Below, piece by piece: positions 37,928 through 48,044 of a stretch of DNA of 64,000 nucleotides. The notes under the pieces are model-generated. The model made no database searches. It had not been told where the DNA came from and worked only from the letters and a program-made list of their open reading frames with translations. The stretch comes from Candidatus Bathyarchaeota archaeon (GTDB lineage Archaea > Thermoproteota > CALKCG01 > B24 > DRYS01). The position numbers and the translations under genes were made by a program. Location of the stretch: assembly GCA_018396535.1 (NCBI GenBank), contig JAGTQC010000005.1:32001-96000 (forward strand). The letters run 5' to 3'. Numbering within the stretch: the stretch's first letter is position 1; each line of letters starts with the position of its first letter.

Positions 37928-38255
37928 GGTTATCCCTCTGAAAACTATTCGAAGAAGGTATATACTTATAGAGCTAGTGAAGAGTAGTATGCATATAGAT
38001 GCTAAACATATAGTTTCAGAATTAAAGAGGAGTTTACTTAGATTATACGGAGAATATGGTTTAAGCTTAGCGGATATACATCCCATAGAATATGGTAGTA
38101 GCTATCTCGTAATATCATGCGATCATAGAATGCTTCAGCAGGTTAGATCTGCTATAGCTTATCTAGATCGTATCGGTGGTATCGATGTACTACTATGTGT
38201 ATCCTCAGTATCCGGAACCCTTAAAAAGCTTAGGATGAGGATGAGGTTCACGTAA
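37896..38255 (+). CDS. rnp2: RNase P protein Pop5/Rpp14
   Basis: RRRYI, LYGEYG and VSGTLKKL motifs. Confidence 0.9.
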   Translation: MKVLGSLEGGRVIPLKTIRRRYILIELVKSSMHIDAKHIVSELKRSLLRLYGEYGLSLADIHPIEYGSSYLVISCDHRMLQQVRSAIAYLDRIGGIDVLLCVSSVSGTLKKLRMRMRFT

Positions 38256-38304
38256 CATTTATCTTTAAAGGAGTTGTATCTAGTAGAACTCGAGGTTAAC
38301 GTAT

Positions 38305-39021
38305 ATGTTTACACCACCTGGAGCCTATGATAGAGTCATAACGATATTCTCTCCTGAGGGTAGATTACTTCAGGTAGAGTATGCTGTCGAAGCTGTTAGG
38401 AGAGGTGCTACTATAGTAGGTATAGTATCTAGGGAAGGGGTAGTCTTAGGAGCTGAGGAGAAGGCTACATCTAAACTTCAGGATCCAAGGTTTTCATGGA
38501 AGATTTACCAGATAGATGACCATATAGGTGTCGCTATAGTAGGTTTAGGCGCGGATGCCCGTATACTTGTAGATCAGGCTAGGATATATGCTCAGACGCA
38601 TAGATTAACCTATGGTGAACCTATAGATGTAGAAGTTCTAGCTAGAAGGATAGCTGATATAAAGCAGGCTTACACGCAGTATTCTGGTGCTAGACCCTTC
38701 GGTGTCGCTATGGCCTTCGGAGGTGTAGATAGAGAGGGGCCGAGGCTATTCGTAACTCTACCAGGTGGAGACTACTGGGGTTACAAGGCTACATCGCTAG
38801 GTGCGAATAGCGAGCAAGCGTCAGAAGTATTGGAAGCTGAGTACAGGGATGATTTAGCATTAGATGAAGCTATACTACTATGCTTAAAAAGCTTCTCTAA
38901 AGCATTAGAGGGTAAGGTTGGCGGGCGTAATGTGAAGATAGCTGTAATACCTGTATCGACTAAGCAATTCAGAAGACTTACCGATGAAGAAGTCGATCTA
39001 TACGCAGCTAAACTCGGTTGA
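38305..39021 (+). CDS. psmA: Proteasome alpha subunit
   Basis: YDRVITIFSPEGRLLQVEYA and RPFGV motifs. Confidence 0.98.
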   Translation: MFTPPGAYDRVITIFSPEGRLLQVEYAVEAVRRGATIVGIVSREGVVLGAEEKATSKLQDPRFSWKIYQIDDHIGVAIVGLGADARILVDQARIYAQTHRLTYGEPIDVEVLARRIADIKQAYTQYSGARPFGVAMAFGGVDREGPRLFVTLPGGDYWGYKATSLGANSEQASEVLEAEYRDDLALDEAILLCLKSFSKALEGKVGGRNVKIAVIPVSTKQFRRLTDEEVDLYAAKLG

Positions 39022-39062
39022 TACATATACACCTATCTTAAGGAAATTGTTTAAATTTTAGC

Positions 39063-39779
39063 TTGGATTATTCTACCGTAGATGAGGTTATGAAGGGTAG
39101 TAGTACACTAGCTCGTATAAGGAAGGATGGGGAGCGGTATGAGATACTAGTTTATAGCGAAGCTGCCTTAAACTATAAGCTCGGTTTAGAGAAGGATATA
39201 ACTAAAGTCCTAGCTTCTACCGATGTATTCACAGATTTTAGACAAGGGTTAAGAGCTTCGGTGGATAAGCTTAGAAAAGCCTTCGGTACAGATGATGTAT
39301 ATAAGATAGCGGATTTGATAATCAGGTATGGTGATATCCAGATACCTGCTGAACTTAGAAGGAAGATGATCGAGGAGAAGCGTAGGCAGATAGTAGCATT
39401 CATAACAAGAAATTGTATCGATATACGGACTGGTTTACCGATACCAGCGCTTAGAGTTGAGCAGGCTATGGATGAAGTCGGCGTATCTATAGATCCGTTC
39501 GAAGATGCTGAGATCCAGGCTAGACGTGTTATAGAGGCTATTAAGAGTATAGTACCCTTAAAGATCGAGTCTATGCGTATCGCTGTTAAGATTCCATCTA
39601 GATATGTTGGCAAAGCATATAATCTAGTATTGGGTATAGGTAACGTTGAGAGAGAGGAGTGGCAGAAGGATGGATCCTGGGTAGGTATAGTTACTATCCC
39701 TGCAGGTCTACATGGCGAATTTATAGATAAGCTAGGTAAAGTTACAGAAGGTGAAGCTCAGGTTAAGATATTGAAGTGA
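39063..39779 (+). CDS. Ribosome maturation factor SBDS/Sdo1
   Basis: GERYEILV, AFGTDD, EEW..DGSW motifs; superoperon position. Confidence 0.93.
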   Translation: MDYSTVDEVMKGSSTLARIRKDGERYEILVYSEAALNYKLGLEKDITKVLASTDVFTDFRQGLRASVDKLRKAFGTDDVYKIADLIIRYGDIQIPAELRRKMIEEKRRQIVAFITRNCIDIRTGLPIPALRVEQAMDEVGVSIDPFEDAEIQARRVIEAIKSIVPLKIESMRIAVKIPSRYVGKAYNLVLGIGNVEREEWQKDGSWVGIVTIPAGLHGEFIDKLGKVTEGEAQVKILK

Positions 39780-39789
39780 GGGTAGAGTT

Positions 39790-40488
39790 ATGTCTACGAT
39801 AGAGGAGAGAAGATTAGTTCTACCTGGAGATCTAGTAGTAGAGGGTGAAGGATACGAGCTTGGAGCTAACGTCTACAGGGATGGTGTGAAGATATATTCT
39901 CAAGTAATCGGGCTTGCGAGTATAGTAGATAACAAGGTTTCTGTAACAGCTCTCAAAGGCGTATACATACCTAAACGTGGAGATATAGTAGTAGGTATAG
40001 TTAGAGAAGTAGGTATAACTAGATGGCTTATAGATATAAACTCCCCGTATCAGGGTGTACTCCCAGCTGTAGATGTTATCGGAAGGAAATTCTCTACTGA
40101 TAAAATCGATCTTAAGGACTACTTGAAGGTAGGGGATGTTATAGTTGCTCGAGTCGTTAGTTTCGATAGGACAACGGATGCTATACTAACTGTAGATGGG
40201 AAGGGGTTGGGTAGAGTAGATAATGGTAGACTCGAGTATATAACACCTACTAAGATACCTAGATTGATAGGGAAGAAGGGTTCTATGATAAATCTTATCA
40301 AGAAGGAGAGTGGATGTAATATAACGATAGGTAAGAATGGAGTGATACTTATAGAAGGTCCAAGTAGGGAGTTGGAGGAGTTGGTAGCAGAACTTGTAAA
40401 GAAGATAGATAGAGAAGCACACGTACCTGGTTTAACGGATAGGGTAGCTGAGATCCTTAGATCCTCTATGAAGGGTGGGCAGGTATGA
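39790..40488 (+). CDS. rrp4: Exosome RNA-binding cap Rrp4
   Basis: VLPGD, YIPKRGD, KH motif [10 protein letters not shown] and EAH..GLT. Confidence 0.96.
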   Translation: MSTIEERRLVLPGDLVVEGEGYELGANVYRDGVKIYSQVIGLASIVDNKVSVTALKGVYIPKRGDIVVGIVREVGITRWLIDINSPYQGVLPAVDVIGRKFSTDKIDLKDYLKVGDVIVARVVSFDRTTDAILTVDGKGLGRVDNGRLEYITPTKIPRLIGKKGSMINLIKKESGCNITIGKNGVILIEGPSRELEELVAELVKKIDREAHVPGLTDRVAEILRSSMKGGQV

Positions 40489-41201
40489 GCGAGTTCACTA
40501 GGAGAGATGGAAGGAAGCCTGATGAGTTAAGGCCTATAAAGATGAAGGTTGGCGTACTAGATAAAGCTGATGGATCGGCTTACGTAGAGCAGGGGGGTAC
40601 TAAAGTCCTCGTAGCTGTGTATGGGCCGAGGGAGGTTCATCCTAGACATCTAGGTCTACCAGAATCAGCTATAGTTAGATGTAGATACCATATGGCTCCA
40701 TTCTCTACTAAAGAACGGAAGAGCCCTACACCTACAAGGAGGGAGATAGAGCTATCCAAGGTTATAAAGGAAGCTTTAGCAAGTACTATAATGCTAGATC
40801 TATACCCTAGAACAACTATAGATATATTCGTGGAAGTACTGCAGGCAGATGGTGGAACGAGGTGTGCAGGTATAACCGCAGCCTCGCTCGCCCTAGCGCA
40901 TGCAGGTATACCTATGATCGATCTAGTATCAGCTTGCGCTGTAGGTAAATGGAACGGTAGGATTATAGTAGATCTAACAGGTGAGGAGGATGAGGAGTGT
41001 GAAGCAGATATGCCTGTAGCTTTAATGCCGAGTTTAGAAAGGGTGACGCTAATACAGTTAAACGGTAGGTTAACTCCAGATGAGTTTTTAGAAGCCTTCA
41101 ACCTCGCGGTGAAAGCTTGCAAGTATATAGGTGAGCTTCAGAAAGCTACTCTTAGAAGCTATTATGAGAAGATAAAGGAGGAGGTTCTATATGAGCAGTA
41201 G
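40485..41201 (+). CDS. rrp41: Exosome RNase PH subunit Rrp41
   Basis: RRDGR..ELRP, YGPRE, MAPFS and ADGGTR motifs. Confidence 0.97.
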   Translation: MSEFTRRDGRKPDELRPIKMKVGVLDKADGSAYVEQGGTKVLVAVYGPREVHPRHLGLPESAIVRCRYHMAPFSTKERKSPTPTRREIELSKVIKEALASTIMLDLYPRTTIDIFVEVLQADGGTRCAGITAASLALAHAGIPMIDLVSACAVGKWNGRIIVDLTGEEDEECEADMPVALMPSLERVTLIQLNGRLTPDEFLEAFNLAVKACKYIGELQKATLRSYYEKIKEEVLYEQ

Positions 41202-42003
41202 ACTAGTAATACCGGAGCTTACGAAGAGGAGGATTAGGGAGCTTGCTAGTCAACGTAGGAGGATCGATAAGAGAGGGTTAGCAGAGTTTAGAACAGTATT
41301 CATAGAGAGGGGTATTATACCACAAGCTGATGGCTCCGCTCTCGTCCATATAGGTAATACGAAGGCTATAGCAGGTATTAAGATAGATCTAGGTCAGCCA
41401 TACCCGGATATGCCTAACGCAGGTGTCCTAGCTGTTAACGTAGAATTGATGCCCCTAGCCTCACCTACATTCGAACCAGGACCACCTGATGAGAGGGCTG
41501 TAGAGGTAGCGCGTATAGTAGATAGAGCTATACGGGAGGGTAGGATGATAGATCTAGAAGAGCTTGTTATAACACCTGGTAGGGAAGTCTATGTTATCTT
41601 CGTAGATACCTATCTCGTAGATCATGATGGTAATATGATAGATGCATGTGTACTCGCAAGCGTAGCTGCACTCCTAGATGCTACTATGAGGAAGGCGATA
41701 GTATCAGAGGGTAGAGCTAGATTGATAGATGAGAGATCCCCCCTACCTATAAGACACTATCCCTTAACCGCTACTATATGTAGGATAGGTGAGACGCTTA
41801 TAGTAGATCCGATACTAGAGGAGGAGGAGACTGCTGAAGCTAGGATTACCATAGGCTTCGATGAGGAGGATAGGATATGTATGATACAGCATAGTATAGG
41901 TATGCTTAGGTATAGCGAGCTATACCAAGCGATAAATATATCTAGGGAGGCTGTATCCCGTTTAAGGAAGGAGCTCTGTAAGGTGTTCCCGAATGCCGGG
42001 TAG
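41191..42003 (+). CDS. rrp42: Exosome subunit Rrp42
   Basis: [19 protein letters not shown] and DP..EEE motifs. Confidence 0.96.
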   Translation: MSSRLVIPELTKRRIRELASQRRRIDKRGLAEFRTVFIERGIIPQADGSALVHIGNTKAIAGIKIDLGQPYPDMPNAGVLAVNVELMPLASPTFEPGPPDERAVEVARIVDRAIREGRMIDLEELVITPGREVYVIFVDTYLVDHDGNMIDACVLASVAALLDATMRKAIVSEGRARLIDERSPLPIRHYPLTATICRIGETLIVDPILEEEETAEARITIGFDEEDRICMIQHSIGMLRYSELYQAINISREAVSRLRKELCKVFPNAG

Positions 42004-42217
42004 AAGGCAGAAGACTCTCGGATGGCTTAAAGCTAGGTATGGAGCTACTGTTAGAGCTAGGTATACTACAGTATGGGTTCAAGCTCATAGCAGGTATAGG
42101 TGTCCGAGATGTATGTTTATAGGTTTAGAAAGGGTTTCGGTAGGTATATGGCGTTGTAGGAAGTGTGGTTTAACTATAGCTGGAGGAGCATACCAGCCTA
42201 CTACTAAGATAAAGTAG
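41993..42217 (+). CDS. rpl37ae: 50S ribosomal protein L37Ae (eL43)
   Basis: RYGATVR, CPRC, GIWRCRKC and AGGAY motifs. Confidence 0.96.
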   Translation: MPGRRQKTLGWLKARYGATVRARYTTVWVQAHSRYRCPRCMFIGLERVSVGIWRCRKCGLTIAGGAYQPTTKIK

Positions 42218-42225
42218 TCTAATCT

Positions 42226-42489
42226 ATGATCGGGGAAGCCTACTCTGTGATAAAGGTGGATCTAGGTAGGGTAGAGGTTAATAGGATAGTATACGAGGTT
42301 TTGAAACCTGAAGCTAGGAGTCTACCATCTAGAAGGGTGGAGGGTATTGTAGGATTGGATGAGAATGGTGTGGTAGTATTAGAGATTAGAGCATCGGATA
42401 CTATAGCTTTAAGAGCTGCTGTGAATAGCTATATGCGTCTATTAAAAGCTGTGAAATCAGCTCTAGATGTAGTATATATCTATCCATGA
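42226..42489 (+). CDS. pcc1: KEOPS complex subunit Pcc1
   Basis: LKPE...A.DTIALRAAVNSYMR motif. Confidence 0.9.
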   Translation: MIGEAYSVIKVDLGRVEVNRIVYEVLKPEARSLPSRRVEGIVGLDENGVVVLEIRASDTIALRAAVNSYMRLLKAVKSALDVVYIYP

Positions 42490-42532
42490 TAAGTTTTTAA
42501 ACATCCCGCTACTCGTAGTAGATTTAGAAGAT

Positions 42533-42606
42533 GCCTCGGTAGCTCAGCCTGGTAGAGCAGCAGCCTTGTAAGCTGCGGGTCGCGGGTTCGAATCCCGCCC
42601 GAGGCT
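42533..42606 (+). tRNA. tRNA-Thr: tRNA-Thr (TGT), no intron, CCA not encoded
   Basis: GCCTCGG/CCGAGGC acceptor stem, GCAGC-CTTGTAA-GCTGC anticodon arm, GCGGG-TTCGAAT-CCCGC T arm; upstream TTTTTAAA box and downstream pyrimidine tract. Confidence 0.97.
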
Positions 42607-42746
42607 CTCCCCCCTCCTATTTTCTCCATGATTTCCGTTATGGTTTTTATCCATATGCTATCCGTAGATCTGTAGGTTTCCCCATCTGGTTTCCAGGTTT
42701 ACTCTACCACTGGGAAAGTTTATCTAGTATTGTATTAATCTAGTTT

Positions 42747-45053
42747 ATGATGGTTCTCTCCATGAGGGTGTATGGTGTAGGTTATGGTAGGGTTTTAGCA
42801 TTCGTATTATCTATGGTTATCGTAGCTTCGCTACTGGTAGCGTTATACTTCACCTACTATATGTTTATGGAGAGGTGTGGGAGATGTTTTATAGGTTTAG
42901 TAAGGATCGAGGGTGCGATAATTTATGATGAGGATGCCTACAGGTATCTAAGACTCATAGAGTCTGCGGCTGTGAATTCTAGTATAAAGGCTTTAGTAGT
43001 GTACGTCAACTCTCCAGGTGGATACGCTGATCTAGTAGAAGCTATACATCTAGAGTTATCGAGTCTAGGAAGGGTTAAACCAGTAGTATGCGTAGCTCAG
43101 CTAGCTTTATCAGGAGGATACTATATAGCGGTAGCTGCAGAACATATATACGTATACCCTACATCATATGTAGGTAGTATAGGTGTTATAGGTATCGGGC
43201 CATCTATACTAGTACCATCTGAGAGGGTTATGGAAACCGGGCCGTACAAGATTGTAGGATTCTCTAGACTACTATTCCCATACAATATAACAGAAGCTTT
43301 AGATAACTTCCTAGATGCAGTAGAATCCGGGAGGAGGGGGAGGCTAAGATTAAGCCGTGACGAGCTTAGTAGAGGATTAATATACATCGGTAGCGAAGCT
43401 GTGAAGCTAGGATTAGCTGATGAACTCGGCTCGATAAGAGATGCGTTAAACCTAGCTTCGAAGAAAGCTGGTATAGAAGAATACGAAGTCGTAGATCTAA
43501 ACACCGGTAAACCCTACACAGAGTATACAAGCTCTAGAGAATTATACGAATATTTATGGAAGGATATATCGCTAGAAGCATTATCGAAAACCCATCCACC
43601 ACCAGCACTATACTACATATACCTACCCCCACAGCTATACCTAGAGCTAGCCTCCCAATACCATACAATAGTATACAACACCACATACTCTAACGGTAGA
43701 GTCCTAGTAGATCTAAGCCACGGGAATACAGTATCATGGATAGATCTAGATGTACTATCCGGTAAGCTCGTAGAGAACGGTGCATCCATAGCGTTCACGA
43801 GAAGCTGGATGGATATAGAGGATAAACTACTCAATTCATCAGCTCTGATAATAGCTACACCAACAGTAGCCTACACCGATAGAGAAGCTAAACTAGTAGA
43901 GGAGTATGTAGAGAAGGGTGGTATACTACTACTATTCTTCGATCCATCAGTCGAGTATGTATCCATACCAAACCTCGCATACCCTATCAACACTATAGCA
44001 TCCAGGTTCAACATATACTTCGCAGGCGGATACCTATACAACAATCTGGAAAACTTCGGATTCTACAGAAACATATACGCATACATAGCTAAAGAAGCTA
44101 TCGATAACCCAATAGTATTAAACGTAACTAGGATAGCGTTATTCACAGCTACACACATATACTCATCAAGCCCAGCTCTAGCATATACATCGAACAACAC
44201 ATACTCATCGACAGCGGAGAAGCCTGGAAGATACACCGTAGCAGTATACGGTAGGAGAGGTTCAGGGCTAGTCGTAGCCTTCAGCGATCTATCATTCCTA
44301 CAAGAACCATACTGCTACGTAGCCGATAATCTTAAACTCGTAGAGAATATAGCATCCATCATAGCTCAGAATACACCCCCAGCTCGAAGAGTAGAGAAGC
44401 CGCCAACCATACCCGAGATACCTGAAACTAGAGAGATAAGCGAGCCTAAGATACCGGTAGGTTTAGAGAAGGAGTATCTATGCATAGAGGATGGAGAGGA
44501 GTACAGGATAATATGGGTTAAAGTAGGTGATAGAGAAATCCTAGTAGTATACCCGCAGACAACCATACACTACTACTACGATGAGGAAGGCTCCCTTACA
44601 AGCTGGACTACAGATAACATTACATGCATATACCTAGAACCCATACCTAAACCACCCTACCCGCTAGTCGCTGGTAAAGAATGGGGTTGGCGTTCAAGAT
44701 ATAGCCTATCGATCAGCAGCCTAGAATATCTAGGCTCGATAGAAGGCTACTTTAAAGTCGAGGATGTAGAGGAGATAGAGATAGCTGGTAGAGTATACCT
44801 AGCAGCTAGGGTTGCATTCGAGATAAACGATACACTATACATGGATGGCGCATCATCTAGAAGCATATCTAGAGGATTCCAGTGGATATGCAGCGAGATC
44901 GGGCATATAAGAGAGGAAACCACCACATACTACTACATAGATAGCATACTACAGACGATAGTTAAGAGGATACTAGTACTGGAGGAGGTTAGGTATAGGA
45001 GCAAGTCTATATATAGCTGGAATACGATACACATACAACAGGTAGTATACTAG
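42747..45053 (+). CDS. Membrane-anchored S49 (SppA-like) peptidase fused to a DUF4350/GATase-like domain and a C-terminal beta domain
   Basis: TM anchor; NSPGG, ALSGGYYIA, GSIGV and TGPYK motifs; then VLVDLSHGN..YVEKGG.LLL; Pro-rich linker. Confidence 0.78.
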   Translation: MMVLSMRVYGVGYGRVLAFVLSMVIVASLLVALYFTYYMFMERCGRCFIGLVRIEGAIIYDEDAYRYLRLIESAAVNSSIKALVVYVNSPGGYADLVEAIHLELSSLGRVKPVVCVAQLALSGGYYIAVAAEHIYVYPTSYVGSIGVIGIGPSILVPSERVMETGPYKIVGFSRLLFPYNITEALDNFLDAVESGRRGRLRLSRDELSRGLIYIGSEAVKLGLADELGSIRDALNLASKKAGIEEYEVVDLNTGKPYTEYTSSRELYEYLWKDISLEALSKTHPPPALYYIYLPPQLYLELASQYHTIVYNTTYSNGRVLVDLSHGNTVSWIDLDVLSGKLVENGASIAFTRSWMDIEDKLLNSSALIIATPTVAYTDREAKLVEEYVEKGGILLLFFDPSVEYVSIPNLAYPINTIASRFNIYFAGGYLYNNLENFGFYRNIYAYIAKEAIDNPIVLNVTRIALFTATHIYSSSPALAYTSNNTYSSTAEKPGRYTVAVYGRRGSGLVVAFSDLSFLQEPYCYVADNLKLVENIASIIAQNTPPARRVEKPPTIPEIPETREISEPKIPVGLEKEYLCIEDGEEYRIIWVKVGDREILVVYPQTTIHYYYDEEGSLTSWTTDNITCIYLEPIPKPPYPLVAGKEWGWRSRYSLSISSLEYLGSIEGYFKVEDVEEIEIAGRVYLAARVAFEINDTLYMDGASSRSISRGFQWICSEIGHIREETTTYYYIDSILQTIVKRILVLEEVRYRSKSIYSWNTIHIQQVVY

Positions 45054-45055
45054 GT

Positions 45056-45853
45056 ATGGCTAGTAGAGATGGTAGAGGTGTAGAGTGTAGTAGATGCGGC
45101 TCATCCATAGATATACCTGAAGCCATCTTCTGTCCTAAATGCGGGGCGCCGCTGCGAAGAAGTATAAGCGATGTAGCGTGGAGTATAACAGATGTATTCA
45201 AAGTCCTCCTACTATCCTTCCTCATATTCATACCATCAGTCATAGCGATAGGCTTCATAACATACATAGTATCCGGGGTAGACCCATTCAGCTCCTTCCT
45301 CACATCCTTCACCCTACTATCCCTATTCCACGTAATCCTACTATCGTTCACGCTTATCTACATAAAGAGGAGGGGTGGAAGCTTCAAATCCCTAGGATTA
45401 AGAAGTATCAGTAGAAGGATTATACTATTAGGCATAGCTTCAGGTTTAACGATAGTCGTAGCTAACATATCGGTAACCATGCTGCTCCAACCGACGATAG
45501 GAGCTAGCCCAATACAGGAGGAGATATATAGGCTAATATCCAAGCCTGGTATGCAGATAGCTATAGCTGTATTCTCAGTCTTGTTAGCGCCATTCGTCGA
45601 GGAGGTATACTTCAGAGGATTCAGCTACCAAGCCTTCAAGAAATCCTGGGGTGTAAAGGCAGCTATACCGTTATGCTCGATATTCTTCTCTATACTACAT
45701 ATGGATCCATGGAGCATACCCAACACATTCATAGCAGGACTGATACTAACCCTAGTATACGAGAAAACAGGAAACCTAAACGCTACGATAATAGCTCACA
45801 GCATAAACAACCTATCAGCTATACTCATCTACCTACTATCCTATACGCCTTAA
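45056..45853 (+). CDS. CPBP (CAAX/Abi) intramembrane metalloprotease with N-terminal zinc ribbon
   Basis: CSRCG...FCPKCG ribbon; EEVYFRG, FSILH and AHSINN motifs. Confidence 0.9.
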   Translation: MASRDGRGVECSRCGSSIDIPEAIFCPKCGAPLRRSISDVAWSITDVFKVLLLSFLIFIPSVIAIGFITYIVSGVDPFSSFLTSFTLLSLFHVILLSFTLIYIKRRGGSFKSLGLRSISRRIILLGIASGLTIVVANISVTMLLQPTIGASPIQEEIYRLISKPGMQIAIAVFSVLLAPFVEEVYFRGFSYQAFKKSWGVKAAIPLCSIFFSILHMDPWSIPNTFIAGLILTLVYEKTGNLNATIIAHSINNLSAILIYLLSYTP

Positions 45854-47020
45854 CGTTATAGCGTTATAAAGGCATATAGAGGAACATAAACCACAGCCTA
45901 CACATACTCTATGATCCACAACCGGCCTACCATCCGCTACCCTTATAGCTTCATAGAAGCATGAACGTAGACAACGCATACATCTAACACACCTACCATA
46001 ATCTATATCCGATTTATACACGGATACCCTATCAAGCTTCTCGAAATCTAAGACGTTAGGTAGAGCTACCCCGATTACATCACCCACACTAGAGAATCCT
46101 CTACTCGCAAGCCATCTATCAAGCTCACTCAGGATACGTGTTATAAACTGGAATCCGTGCATTATGATCGCTGTACAGATCTGTACAGATCTACATCCAA
46201 GCATTAGGAATCGGAGTACATCCTCATACCCAGATACACCTCCAGAACCTACTACACATGCTCTAACACCAGACTTAACTATCTTGTAAACCCAGCTACA
46301 GCTTATCGGCACCATCCATGGACCGCCATATCCACCTAAACCACCCCATACAACAGGCTTCATAGAATCCACATCGATCACTAACCCTTGGAAGCGAGCC
46401 GTAGCTACAACTAGATCCACCCCAGCTCTATCAGCAGCTAAAGCTATAGCTAGAGGATCCGCACCATGCGGTGTAAGCTTAACAGCTACAGGTATATCCA
46501 CAACCCTCTTAACCGCTGCTACAATCCTCTCGACGATACTAGGATCCGCCCCAGCAGTCTTACCCATAAGCACACCCTCCCCAGCTTCGACATGAGGGCA
46601 GGATAGATTAAGCTCAACCATAGAGACGCCAGCCTCCCTAACCATAGATGAAAGCTTAACCCATTCATCGATACTCCTACCAGCTATGCTAGCAACTACT
46701 ACAGCACCATACCTTCTAGCATAATCCACAGCTATACCAAGATCCTCGATAGCCTCCTCTGGAGATAGCTCAGACATAAGCTCTACAGAGTAGAGAGAGT
46801 AGAATCCTGAATCCACAGATTCAGGATGCATCACATAGAATCTAGGCCTAGGCTGAAGTCTATGCATCTCAGCGAAGGTTATAGTCTTCGAAACAACAGC
46901 TGCAGCTCCATACTCCATACATCTAATCATAGCCCTAGAATCTATGGTAGGCGTACCAGCAGCCACCATCAACGGATTCTTAAACCTTACACCAGCTACC
47001 TCTACAGATAGATCTGGCAT
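45836..47020 (-). CDS. PreA-like FMN dihydropyrimidine/dihydroorotate dehydrogenase homolog with C-terminal 2x[4Fe-4S]
   Basis: KTI, ELNLSCPH, KLTP, GGYGG, GSGG and VQICTA motifs; CVRCMRC..C and CVGCGLC..C. Confidence 0.82.
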   Translation of the reverse strand: MPDLSVEVAGVRFKNPLMVAAGTPTIDSRAMIRCMEYGAAAVVSKTITFAEMHRLQPRPRFYVMHPESVDSGFYSLYSVELMSELSPEEAIEDLGIAVDYARRYGAVVVASIAGRSIDEWVKLSSMVREAGVSMVELNLSCPHVEAGEGVLMGKTAGADPSIVERIVAAVKRVVDIPVAVKLTPHGADPLAIALAADRAGVDLVVATARFQGLVIDVDSMKPVVWGGLGGYGGPWMVPISCSWVYKIVKSGVRACVVGSGGVSGYEDVLRFLMLGCRSVQICTAIIMHGFQFITRILSELDRWLASRGFSSVGDVIGVALPNVLDFEKLDRVSVYKSDIDYGRCVRCMRCLRSCFYEAIRVADGRPVVDHRVCVGCGLCSSICLYNAITLRRIG

Positions 47021-47057
47021 AAATCACCACCCCGAATCTATACATAAGGAGAGTAGG

Positions 47058-48032
47058 CTAGAGTATGCCAGCACTCCTAAGCGCTCTACGTATAACCTCC
47101 CTCTCACCCTCAGATACAGGCTTCAAAGGCGGCCTCACATATGTATACCTTATAACACCGAGCATAGCTAAAGCCTCCTTAAGCCTAGCCCTATACGCTC
47201 TAACAGGAGGCGCGAATATAACATCAGCTAAAGGTTGAAGCCTAGAAGCTATCTCCATAGCCTCCCCATACCTACCCTTCCTCGTAAGCTCATACATCTC
47301 TACAAGTAGATCTGTACCTATAGTACCGAATCCTATAAGCGCCCCATCAGCACCGAGAACTAGAGATTCGTATATGAAGTTATCGTTACCGGTTAAAACA
47401 GATACCCTAGGATTAAACTTCTTAACAACTCTAAGAGTCTCTAGAAACTTCCTAGCATCGAAGGAAGCCTCCTTTATAGCTACCACACCATCGAGCGATG
47501 TCACAAGCCGTAGAGTCTCCTGATCGAATACTACACCACCAAGATCCGGTTGTAGTTGAAACACAACCAGCGGTATACGAGAACCATCATACACAGACTT
47601 ATAGTATTCATATACAACCTCTGAAGCATAACCCCCAGCGAATATAGATGATGGAAATACCAGTAGAGCATCAGCACCAGCATCCCTAGATTCACACGCC
47701 CACCTAACTACTTGAGGTATATAGCCAGGCTGAAGCCCAGCTACTATCGGAATCCTACCCCCGACAACATCTCTGACTATCTCTATAACCTTCAACCTCT
47801 CCTCAGGTAGTAGATGGAAACCCTCACCCGTATCCACGTTTACAGCTAACCCACCTATCCTAAAACCCGAAATCCATTTCACATAGTTTCTCAGAGAATC
47901 CTCATCTATACTATAATCCTCTAGCATAGGGCATACGATAGCAGGTATTATACCCTCCAATCTAACTATGCTCATACCCATGCATCTAGAAACTAATACC
48001 CAGTTAATTAATATTACCCCTATCCTCTCCAT
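47058..48032 (-). CDS. DapA-family aldolase/dehydratase (atypical)
   Basis: DTGEG, AIKEAS, TGND and GADGALIG motifs; FQ in place of the usual YN. Confidence 0.82.
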   Translation of the reverse strand: MERIGVILINWVLVSRCMGMSIVRLEGIIPAIVCPMLEDYSIDEDSLRNYVKWISGFRIGGLAVNVDTGEGFHLLPEERLKVIEIVRDVVGGRIPIVAGLQPGYIPQVVRWACESRDAGADALLVFPSSIFAGGYASEVVYEYYKSVYDGSRIPLVVFQLQPDLGGVVFDQETLRLVTSLDGVVAIKEASFDARKFLETLRVVKKFNPRVSVLTGNDNFIYESLVLGADGALIGFGTIGTDLLVEMYELTRKGRYGEAMEIASRLQPLADVIFAPPVRAYRARLKEALAMLGVIRYTYVRPPLKPVSEGEREVIRRALRSAGIL

Positions 48033-48044
48033 AAAATGAGTACC

